Shown: positions 10,001 through 18,300 of the stretch, one piece after another
Layout of the letters: the number at the start of each line of letters is the position of its first letter
Position numbering within the stretch: the first letter of the stretch is position 1
Made by a program: the position numbers and the translations under genes
The notes under the pieces: generated by a model
Seen by the model: only the letters and a program-made list of their open reading frames with translations
What the model was told of the DNA's origin: nothing
Database searches by the model: none
DNA from: a virus
Taxonomy: Duplodnaviria > Caudoviricetes
Length of the DNA: 32,372 nucleotides
IMG/VR virus record: IMGVR_UViG_3300006789_000092
Span: 1 to 32,372 of that record
Reading direction: 5' to 3' (one strand)

Positions 10001-10116
10001 CTAGACTCTTGCCAACCATAATAATCATATTGAACTTTAAAGTTTACCCAACTATCTGGTGTTTGCGATAATAATATCGTAGGCAGTAATAATAATATAA
10101 ATAATAGTTTTTTCAT
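7054..10116 (-). CDS. Secreted Cys-rich repeat protein with T9SS-like C-terminal sorting domain
   Basis: Signal peptide MKKLLFILLLLPTILLS|Q; 17 GC-x-D-x3-NY-x3-A-x2-D-x-GSC-type repeats; three D-x-x-GDG domains; C-terminus 'ITDLLGR...YIYDDGSVSKKI' like flavobacterial secreted proteins. Confidence 0.75.
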   Translation of the reverse strand: MKKLLFILLLLPTILLSQTPDSWVNFKVQYDYYGWQESSWFMVEDTITGDTVIFHEPTIPYQLLDTTIDIISGNYRVTLNDSFGDGWTSSQPAWFEMKNICQGLIIDWQLQGVSFYLRDTTVNVMPCAPPSSGCMNPIALNYDSTATINDGSCIFPSCGGFDSTWATQQCVGSQVLTYYEWTTSPNPNCNVIKIFYGTANFNQVYDVNINNGIWGIYMGSGQQPPNWDEERYFQAMFADSTLSDTLFYTPYSCIPGCTDSTADNYNPWATVDDGSCDIIACDSLETEITISLTLDGYPGETSWTLIDLTNGQPIDEVQAGEYDFGDVGKTFTYTYCVIGFEFILYDSYGDGLAGSTTGGSIDGSCTIFDCNGDTIWSLPNPGFGSTAYSGGQWPPACAGPVSVLGCMDPAYQEYNSLANVNDSSCINLHVFGCVDSTAFNYDPYATAMDIVPICNYTLQIEDDGGDGWGNSYLGVSQGSNNWNFTMGPGHYTQSFPLLLETDKPVVVYYFQVGGPQQPPQQIAFQTLHNSFLLTSSLGDTLLSEGTNPFYNNGQGALQPFKAPLWPTYSAMPYCGNMCIPAVYGCMDSTALNYNSLANTSAPCTPIVLGCTNSLAFNYDSLANVDDGSCVVIVVGCMDSTAFNFNSSANVNDSSSCVPFIYGCMDDTMFNYNAAANTSDSSCIPIIFGCTDALAFNYDPLANTNNGSCIPIIYGCTDPTAFNYDPVANTLDSSCVPVIYGCIDAMMFNYNPLANTDNGSCIPYLYGCIDSTMWNYDPFANTNNNTCIPYIYGCTDPLALNYCDSCNTDDGSCIPILYGCTDSTMFNFNPLANVDNNSCVPFIYGCTDPSMLNYNPSANTEDFSCIPFIYGCTDPIALNYDSLANTDNGSCVAVVEGCMDQSAYNYDITANVNDSASCLYDAGCITGAGNPYWLNDPCYAWVISVDDYCCYNAWDDICQATYDYCEGTWVGPILTRNVSKKKLVAITDLLGRPVKEINKQLLLYIYDDGSVSKKILTNKIK
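7366..8370 (-). repeat. Tandem coding repeat, 13 units of about 26 aa (about 78 nt)
   Basis: Consecutive YGCTDP-x-A-x-NY-x-P-x-ANT-x-x-GSC-x-P units counted in the translation; DNA is degenerate between units. Confidence 0.85.
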
Positions 10117-11339
10117 TTAATAAATATCTTTCCATCTTTAATATACATTGCCCCAGAAGACAGTACACTAAGATCATTAATAGTTCTTCCTAATATATCA
10201 TACATTTGACCATCTATTTGACCACCTACTAGTTCTTCTATTCCTGTTGTGGTAGTAAACAAATAAGTGATAGGATCAGATACACATCCATTAACATCTT
10301 CTATCTCAACTGAATAACTACCTCCAATAGTAAGTAATACCGTTTGTGTAGTTTGTCCATTACTCCAAAGATAAGAATATGGAGGATTTCCATTTGTAGC
10401 ATTAGCCGTAAGAGAATTACCGCTTTGTGAAATTGAAGCAGTTAATTGTCCCACGCCTGCTTGTCCAGGAGGATAGGATGTAAAACCAGTTACGTTATTA
10501 CCTAGATCTCCATCTATTCCACCATTTGGATTACTTACTCTAATCATAACAAATTCATATCCTTGTAAACCTGTAATTGTTGGAAGTATAAAACTTGTTG
10601 ATTGATAAGTACTAAGATTACCAGTCCACGGAACAGTTGTATTAAATGTAGTGGCTCCAGAAACATCTACCTCAACATCTAATGATACTAAGTTATTAAT
10701 TCCATTATTCATAATAGTTACTTCAGGAGCAAGAGTTCCATCACATTGAATAGAAGCACCTGAGTAAGACATTACTTTAGGATCATTTACAAGATTTGCT
10801 GCTGGATTACATGTAATCAGATTATATGGGCTATTACTTTGACCAGCTTCTATTAATATCCTATCTGGACAAATCATATAAATAGTAGGCCAGTAAGAGA
10901 TAGCGTATACTGAAGTAACGTTATCATTGTTTACTGTTCCATCAGTACAGAATACAGGATAAGGAGTCCCTGTTATCCAATCTCCTTGTGTATTACACCC
11001 TACACCAAAAAGACAAGCTAAAGCATTTGCATCACCCTCAATCATAAAGACCATTACGTCATCAGTTGTATTAGTACTTACACCAGGAAAACCACTAGGA
11101 CCATGGTTTGTATATAAATCTTCAAGTGCACCACCAGTATGATAAGACCAACAAGGGCCACACCACACAGCTGAGAAATCTAAAAATACCGTATAGTTAT
11201 TATCTAAATAGTCATATAAACTATGAGTAGTACCATTAACATCTGTTAATGTCCAATCAGGAGCAATACTCAAGTTTGGTAGTTGTGCGTTTAGCGCTGT
11301 TGATAAAAATAAAAATAATATTAGTAATAATTTTTTCAT
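10113..11339 (-). CDS. Secreted redoxin/thioredoxin-fold protein (WCGPC) with Ig-like region and T9SS-like C-terminus
   Basis: Signal peptide ending LNA|Q; 'APDWTLTDVNGTTHSL...DFSAVWCGPC'; SprB-like 'PPYSYLWSNGQTT...YSVEIEDVNGC'; C-terminal 'GIEE...MYDILGR...MYIKDGK'. Confidence 0.8.
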   Translation of the reverse strand: MKKLLLILFLFLSTALNAQLPNLSIAPDWTLTDVNGTTHSLYDYLDNNYTVFLDFSAVWCGPCWSYHTGGALEDLYTNHGPSGFPGVSTNTTDDVMVFMIEGDANALACLFGVGCNTQGDWITGTPYPVFCTDGTVNNDNVTSVYAISYWPTIYMICPDRILIEAGQSNSPYNLITCNPAANLVNDPKVMSYSGASIQCDGTLAPEVTIMNNGINNLVSLDVEVDVSGATTFNTTVPWTGNLSTYQSTSFILPTITGLQGYEFVMIRVSNPNGGIDGDLGNNVTGFTSYPPGQAGVGQLTASISQSGNSLTANATNGNPPYSYLWSNGQTTQTVLLTIGGSYSVEIEDVNGCVSDPITYLFTTTTGIEELVGGQIDGQMYDILGRTINDLSVLSSGAMYIKDGKIFIK

Positions 11340-11340
11340 A

Positions 11341-11700
11341 TTAAAAATCGCTCATTAATAATTCATCCACTGTATCTTGTACCTCTTCCCTTGTTGCTAA
11401 CATTTTAAAAGATATATCAGCTTGAAATCGTTTAACTTCTTCACCGTCATTAAAGATAATAATAGTAGGTACTATAACTACTTTGTGTTTAGTTTGAAGT
11501 TTTGGATCGTTAACAATATCAATTTTAGCAACTTCACAATCATTTAATTTATCTAACCATTCAACATTGTTAGCACTATTCCAACCTGCATTAAATTCTG
11601 TTACAATAACTTGCCCACAGGCAATATTTGATACTAAAACTAGAAATATAATAAGGATATAACTTATAAATATTTTCCATGTATCATCTAGTTTTCTCAT
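11341..11700 (-). CDS. Exported thioredoxin-fold protein lacking CxxC
   Basis: Hydrophobic N-terminus; 'EFNAGWNSAN' in place of F-x-A-x-WCxxC; cis-Pro motif 'VPTIIIFNDGEEVKRF'. Confidence 0.7.
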   Translation of the reverse strand: MRKLDDTWKIFISYILIIFLVLVSNIACGQVIVTEFNAGWNSANNVEWLDKLNDCEVAKIDIVNDPKLQTKHKVVIVPTIIIFNDGEEVKRFQADISFKMLATREEVQDTVDELLMSDF

Positions 11701-11972
11701 CTTAAATCGTCTATTTTATCTTCCATACGTTTTAAATCTTCTTTAATTTCATCTACGGTTTTTTCTGTATGCTGAATTGATTGTCGTATATTTTGATCTT
11801 TCATATCAAATTCCATTCTAGTAACATCTGGTTTTGGTAATTCTTTTGCATCTGCAATATCTGCCTGTAACATAAACCACATACTTATAACTGTAGCCAT
11901 AGCAGCACCAATCCCAATTAAAGTTTTTATACTTATTTTAAAACCACTATCTTCATTTAATTCTTTTCCCAT
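11697..11972 (-). CDS. Single-TM membrane protein with C-terminal coiled coil
   Basis: TM segment 'TLIGIGAAMATVISMWFML' and heptad C-terminus; ATGA overlap with the next gene. Confidence 0.65.
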   Translation of the reverse strand: MGKELNEDSGFKISIKTLIGIGAAMATVISMWFMLQADIADAKELPKPDVTRMEFDMKDQNIRQSIQHTEKTVDEIKEDLKRMEDKIDDLR

Positions 11973-11978
11973 AATTTT

Positions 11979-12131
11979 TTATATTTCAAATCCAAAATTT
12001 AATATTATACATCTGTGCTCTACTCCAGGATTACAGTATAATTCTAATACTGTTATTCTCCCAAATCTTACAGAAATATTATAGATACTATCTTTTTTAT
12101 TTCCTTTTCTCCAACTATTTATCCAATTCAT
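11979..12131 (-). CDS. 50-aa hypothetical protein, below the ORF-track cutoff
   Basis: MNWINSWRKGNKKDSIYNISVRFGRITVLELYCNPGVEHRCIILNFGFEI*. Its ATG overlaps the nuclease stop (ATGA) and it fills the gap almost exactly. Confidence 0.7.
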   Translation of the reverse strand: MNWINSWRKGNKKDSIYNISVRFGRITVLELYCNPGVEHRCIILNFGFEI

Positions 12132-12475
12132 TTTTTAGTTTTTTTACCGCCCCAATATTCTACAGCAAATCCTTCATCTACTAGGGTTTGATTAATATTA
12201 ATATCTTCTATATGCAGTGTCCCTAAAACTCTCCCATATTTACCTACTTCTTTACTTTCAAGAACAAACTCTCCATCTCCTAATAAATCTACTAACTTAT
12301 CTTTAGCAGCTAATCCTCTAGCTTTTTCTTCTAAATCTCTTGTTCTTGACTCAGGAGTATCTATTCCAGCAAGTCTTATTCTTTTATGTATAGTAATATC
12401 AAATCCTAAATCTATATTAGCGTCTACAGTATCACCATCAACTACTCTATCTAATTTTGCTTTATATGTATACAT
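12128..12475 (-). CDS. Staphylococcal-nuclease (SNase/thermonuclease) family protein
   Basis: 'RVVDGDTV', 'RIRLAGIDTPE' and 'GKYGRVLG' signature motifs; no signal peptide. Confidence 0.9.
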   Translation of the reverse strand: MYTYKAKLDRVVDGDTVDANIDLGFDITIHKRIRLAGIDTPESRTRDLEEKARGLAAKDKLVDLLGDGEFVLESKEVGKYGRVLGTLHIEDININQTLVDEGFAVEYWGGKKTKK

Positions 12476-13516
12476 TTAAAAAATTACATAATTTATACCA
12501 CACTTAAAGTCATACCATTCACGATTCCAATATTTATTATATTTACCTTCAACAAATGTTCCTAAATGTTTATTAAGTTTATATCCAAATATTAAACCTC
12601 CAGAATAATCATACCACTGTTTTCCATCATTATAATTATGATACGAAAATGTCCCACCATCATCATAATGCCAAGGCATTAAATTAGCCCATGCATGCAT
12701 CCAGAAATCTTTTTTATAATGATAAAAATCAAATCCTACTACTAATGATTGCTGCATTTTTCTATCTAATTCATTTCGTTTTTTCTCAGTATAATCTGCC
12801 AATACTACAGGAATAACAACTTCTTCCCAAACCTCGACAGACGTAGCAACTATATTTCCATTAGGATCTTTATACTCTGAATTATAAACATCTATATCAT
12901 AACCTTCTTGTATTGCTAAATATGTATAATGTAAATTACCATTATCTAATAACCACTCATCTAAAGGATCATATCCATAAGGTTCTGACATTCTTTGTAC
13001 AGCTCCTATATTAAGAGAAAACTTCTTTCCGAATTGTTTACGAAATCTTTCCGAAGTTTCAAAATACTTTATATCAGCAAAACCATCTTGTAAATACTCT
13101 CCTTTTAAAATGTATTTATTTGCTACATACCTTATAAAATGATTTTGATCTATATACTCTACACCTTCTTGTCTTTTAATATCTGCTTCAAATAAAAATT
13201 CTAATCCAGATACCTTTCCTATTGTTGCCGCATCAGACCAAGATTGTTCTGTTCCATCATAAAAAGTATTCGCTCTATTTTCATATCCAAACCTAGCAAT
13301 CTTTCTAATTCCAAAAGCAAGATTATAATCAAAAGGAGTTCGTACTATAGAAGTTTGTAATCCATTTGAAATAGAGTATTCATCTACATCAGAGATAGAT
13401 GTTCCTCCACTAGCCGCTGTATAAAATGTTGCGAATTTAAAATATTTTTTAAAATTACTCTGCGCATTAACTGTAATTGATAAACATAAAAATAATATTA
13501 TAAATATATTTTTCAC
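12476..13516 (-). CDS. Putative outer-membrane beta-barrel protein
   Basis: Signal peptide ending VNA|Q; aromatic-rich alternating strands; C-terminal beta-signal-like 'KCGINYVIF'. Confidence 0.65.
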   Translation of the reverse strand: MKNIFIILFLCLSITVNAQSNFKKYFKFATFYTAASGGTSISDVDEYSISNGLQTSIVRTPFDYNLAFGIRKIARFGYENRANTFYDGTEQSWSDAATIGKVSGLEFLFEADIKRQEGVEYIDQNHFIRYVANKYILKGEYLQDGFADIKYFETSERFRKQFGKKFSLNIGAVQRMSEPYGYDPLDEWLLDNGNLHYTYLAIQEGYDIDVYNSEYKDPNGNIVATSVEVWEEVVIPVVLADYTEKKRNELDRKMQQSLVVGFDFYHYKKDFWMHAWANLMPWHYDDGGTFSYHNYNDGKQWYDYSGGLIFGYKLNKHLGTFVEGKYNKYWNREWYDFKCGINYVIF

Positions 13517-13520
13517 TCTA

Positions 13521-13937
13521 TTATTCTATAATTTTTTCCAAGTTATTAATATGTTTAGCTGTAATATTTTCTGGTAAATCATCTTTAGATATAGTATCAA
13601 GATGAACTGTAGTTTTTGCTTCTAACAATTGAGTAAGTTTATCCATTTGTACTCTTCTTTCTTCTACCAAATCGTTATTATCTTTTTCTAATTTATCTAT
13701 TTTATCTTTAGAATCTTCTGCATTTTCATTAGCAATTTGATTCACTTCCTGTGCTAATTTCATAAATTCATCTGATGGTTTACCAGCCGTTTCTAAATCT
13801 TTAAGTTTATCTCTAAGTGTAATAATATTTTTACTTACAACTAAACTAAAGTTTTTACCTTCTAAATCTTGAACTGCAAATAATCCATTGATTAAATTTA
13901 CTAGTTCTCCTTTTTTTGCATTAATTTTTTTACTCAT
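13521..13937 (-). CDS. Helical/coiled-coil protein, possible fibre chaperone
   Basis: 138 aa, charged and helical, directly after a fibre gene. Confidence 0.55.
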   Translation of the reverse strand: MSKKINAKKGELVNLINGLFAVQDLEGKNFSLVVSKNIITLRDKLKDLETAGKPSDEFMKLAQEVNQIANENAEDSKDKIDKLEKDNNDLVEERRVQMDKLTQLLEAKTTVHLDTISKDDLPENITAKHINNLEKIIE

Positions 13938-13961
13938 TTCTATATTTGTTTTTGGTTAATA

Positions 13962-15383
13962 TTAACTATTGTTGATCACTAAAAAGTGAATCTTACTTGC
14001 TGTTGCACTTGTACTAGTAGCAGAATGTGGATTTACGATACTAATTTTAAAACTACCTCCTGTAACTGTATGAATAGCACATGCAAGTTGTTTATTATCT
14101 ACAGTATTTTCATCTTGCATTGTAACAAGAATTACTGAATCTGCTTGTACAGTGCTATTAGTTACTGTAAATTCTGCATTTGTTGTAGCAGCTAAAGCAA
14201 CTGCAGCAAGTGTAATTACACCTGATGTTGCATTAATTGTTACTCCAGTTGTATGATCAGTAGCCTGTGTAACTGTTCCACTATTAGTATGTACAATACC
14301 TTCAGCTGCTCCAGTAATAACTAAACTACCTGCATTTACTGTTACATCTTGACTACTATCTACTGTTAAAGCTTGAGTTTCTGCAGCAGCCGCAGTATAA
14401 GTATACATTTTAATACTTCCTGGAGTTCCTGAACCCGCTTCACTACCTCCATGTAAAGTTACATGACCACCATTATTATTACCTGATGTAGATGTACCTC
14501 CTTTAAGAGCAAGATCAGCTGCTGCCGCTGCACCACTTCCTCCTCCTGAAATAGTTAATGATTTTCCAGCTGTACCACCACTAGTATCATTTGGTTTAAT
14601 ATTTACATTAGAATCATTAGCAAATCTAATACCTCCTCCAGCAAGATTTAAAACATCACTATCATGATAATTTCCTGAAGCTCCAAGATATGCATTCGAT
14701 CCTGTTATTCTTATTCCATTTTGTGCACCATCTGCACTTAAGTATCCTGTACCTAGATCAATATCATTATTATCACAATCTAAATCTTCTGCTAATGTAG
14801 TTAAAGAAGATGCAATTGTAATTGTTCCTGCCCCATTAGTAATAGTAGTATTAGTACCTGCCGTAAGCGTTGCTACTGAAGGATACCCATTAGTTGCATT
14901 ACCAATAAGTAATTGTCCATTAGTAGACATTGGTGTAGTTGCTGCTATAACATCTGTTGCACCAGCATAAAGCATTGCACCTTTTGCTATAGTAGCTAGT
15001 CCAGTTCCTCCATTTGTTACCCCACATTCTCCTGTAACTGTTCCAGTAAAATCTATTTCATCTAAAAATCCTGAAGTTGTATTATTACATAAACTAAGAT
15101 CTATTCCAGCTTCTAAAGCTGTAAGAACTATATTATTTGAAGTAGTAGCTACAGTTAATAATCCTGTATCTCCACTTTTTATTCCTTTGAAGTTTAATTG
15201 ATTTTTATTTGTAACACTTATATGTATATCCTCTCCTCCTGTCCCTAAAGTAGAAAATGAAGGAAACAAAGTAGATACATTTATTTTCTTAGCTACTTTA
15301 GTTGAATTATTAGATATTAAAAAAAAGTCGTTATCGTCTACACTATTTTTAGCTAAGGTTACTAAATCTGTTATTTCTGCCAT
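13962..15383 (-). CDS. Tail fibre / spike protein
   Basis: 473 aa, G/T/A/S-rich; N-terminal 'ITDL' anchor, 'VTNGGTGL' and 'NGQLLIG...ATLTAG' fibre motifs; C-terminal 'GTVTQAT...TTGVTINA' domain. Confidence 0.75.
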   Translation of the reverse strand: MAEITDLVTLAKNSVDDNDFFLISNNSTKVAKKINVSTLFPSFSTLGTGGEDIHISVTNKNQLNFKGIKSGDTGLLTVATTSNNIVLTALEAGIDLSLCNNTTSGFLDEIDFTGTVTGECGVTNGGTGLATIAKGAMLYAGATDVIAATTPMSTNGQLLIGNATNGYPSVATLTAGTNTTITNGAGTITIASSLTTLAEDLDCDNNDIDLGTGYLSADGAQNGIRITGSNAYLGASGNYHDSDVLNLAGGGIRFANDSNVNIKPNDTSGGTAGKSLTISGGGSGAAAAADLALKGGTSTSGNNNGGHVTLHGGSEAGSGTPGSIKMYTYTAAAAETQALTVDSSQDVTVNAGSLVITGAAEGIVHTNSGTVTQATDHTTGVTINATSGVITLAAVALAATTNAEFTVTNSTVQADSVILVTMQDENTVDNKQLACAIHTVTGGSFKISIVNPHSATSTSATASKIHFLVINNS

Positions 15384-15388
15384 TGTAT

Positions 15389-18300
15389 TTAAAAATTAAA
15401 AGTAATATTATTTTGTGTAAAATCTAAAGTTCTCTTATAAGTAGGTTCAACCGGTTGGCCTCCTGTTACTTCATAATCTGTCTCAGTATCACAATCTTCA
15501 CAAAATATGTTTACAAAGTTAATAAAATTATCTATATAATTAGTTGTTGTTGTTATGTTTAATTCATATGCTGGATTACAAATTGCCCAATGTCCTGAAC
15601 TTGCTCCTTGTGGAGTTTCTGGATTATAACATCCAAATGTACAATTTCCTAAAGCTACCATTTCCCAAATTATTCCACTAGGCATTTTAATTATATCTCC
15701 CGTATGTAATTGATTTGCGAATACAAAGAATAAACTAGGAGTATCAACCGTTGTTCCTTCACCTGTTGTTATACTAGAACCTGCATATCCTTGATCATTT
15801 ACTCCTGTTACAGGACCTCCTGTAACCCATTTATCAGCACACGAATCTGCAGGACCATCAGGGGTTTCTTCATCTTCACAATTAAATAAACAATCTAATC
15901 CGTATTTATATCTACCTAATAAATATCCAATTAATATTAATTTCCATTTATCAAGAGTAAAACAGTCTTCATTAACACCTAATTTTATATCTTTTAAAAA
16001 TTCTGAACCTCGTTTTAATGTACAAGCTCTAATTCTATTAAGAGTATCTTCAATTGTAGCCGGAATACAATCTCCTAATCTCATTGCAGGATATATACAA
16101 GTTCCATCATCACAAGTTGCACCTGGATTATAATTAATAGCTAAAGGATCCATACATCCACAGAAAATACAACTACCATCATCACAATCAGCATTCGGAT
16201 CATAATTAGTTGCTGCTGGATCTGTACACCCTACATCAGTTGGAGAAGAACTTACAGCAAATAATAATTCATCAACACATCCATATGAATCAGTAACAAT
16301 AGCTTTATATACTCCAGGAGCTAATCCTGTCCAAATAGTTGCAGATCCACTTCCAGAATATATTGTAGAATCTGTATATAATGTAGTTCCTGCACCATCT
16401 GTATAATATATTGTCCAATTAGGAGCTCCACTATTAATAGTAACAGTAACAACAGCTGTTCCATCAGATATAGGAGTAGTACATGTACCAGTAGAATCTA
16501 CAGTAACAACTGTTAAAGTTGCAGAATTAGATGGTTGTCCTGTTACGGGATCAGTACAAGGATAAAAACAACAACTAGCATTATTAATTGTTGCATTTGG
16601 AACAAGATTTCCTTTACAATCTTCTAAATAGTTAGCAGCATGTTGATCTAAACATGCTGAATATTCACAACTTTGATCATCTATAGTAGCTGCAGGATTA
16701 TAATTAGCTGCTAAAGGATCCATACACCCATATATATCCCATGTACAACTACCATCGTCACAAGTAGCATTTGAATTATAATTATTTGCCGTAGGATCCA
16801 TACAACCATATATACAATATGTACAACACCCATGATTTGTACCTCCCTGCACTCCAATACAATCTGCAGTAGCTAATAAATTATAATTAAGTGCTACAGG
16901 ATCTGTACAACCACATATTAAAAAACTCTCAGGAGTAACATTAATTGTTAAAGAATCATTACAATAATAAGGTTGTCCACGAAGAGAATAATTTGCTGTA
17001 ATTTGAACTTCATAAATACCAGGTCCACTTATAGTAATAGGTACAAGAGATAAACCAGAAGATCCTGGAGAATTAAGGGTAAATGCACTACCTGAAATAA
17101 CATTTCCATTAAAAGTCCAATACCCTACAACTTGATCAGCTCTAGGACTACATGTTAAATCTGCTGTTAATGTTGTTTCACATCCAGAAGAAAGTATTCT
17201 TAAAGCAGATAATTCACAACACTCAATTGAAACAGTACATAATGTTGAATCATGAACTGCTAAATCATTTGGTACTGTTGTATTATAACTACTAGAACTT
17301 GGATCATCACAAACATATGCTTGTACTTTACCATAAAATACAGTATAACAATCTTCTAACCCATGAGCTTCATCCGAATCAACTAATTGTACTTTTACAG
17401 CATAATATCCATAAGCTAATCCTGTAAATATATGCGATGCTCCAGTTTGATTTGTACCTAATCCTGCTTGTGTAGCTGTTGCTGATCCTGGTAAAGCTCC
17501 CCCAAAAGTTGCAGTTTTGTATAAAGTCATTGTAAATGACTGTGTACCATCTAAATCTAAATACGGAAGTACAGAATTAATTAAATTAGCACTAGCAGCT
17601 AATTTTCCATTACTAGTACTATCATTTGTAGTAATTTGTGTATTTGTTAAGGAAGTAACATTAAACAAGTCTCCGGAATACCCTGCACTAGTATCAGTAA
17701 GTAATCCATCACTATTTAAATTACACCACACACAACAATCCATACATCCTACAGTAGCACTTGAATTATAATTAATAGCTGTACTAGATGTACATCCTTC
17801 TACTTGAGGATCTTCGCAAATTGTAAAACTATATTCAACATCACATCCTACACTATCTACTGCTTTTATAGTATAATAACCACCAATACCACCAGGTCCA
17901 GAATTAGGTTGTAGCGCTCTCCAAACTATTTTAGTTCCTGCTGAAAAAGTCATAGTATTTGTAGCTGCTGTAGTTGCTGATACTATACTTCCAGTTGAAT
18001 CTACAATTTCAAATTTAGTTACACTATAAGTTGATGAGGGTTGAGCTGGAGTAAGAATATTTCCAACAAAAGAATTTGATGGAATTCCAGTACCGCTAAT
18101 TTTAAGTCCTGTAGAAATCTGAGCATTGCCTGAACATGTTAATGTATGTTCGGATCCAGATGTTGTATTAGTTACACAAGAGTGTGTAAATGTATTACCT
18201 CCTGTTGGAGGTGCTGACATAGTAATTGAAGCTCCTGTTGTTCCAGTAGTAGTTAAAGTCCAAGTATAATCACTGCCGCTAGTCCATGGAGTTCCAGCAA

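Noticed and set aside
13941-13948. TATATTTG on the plus strand as an antisense promoter (similar case at 19869..19876)
   Set aside because: It is the complement of the A-rich translation leader of a minus-strand gene and is likely by chance in AT-rich DNA.
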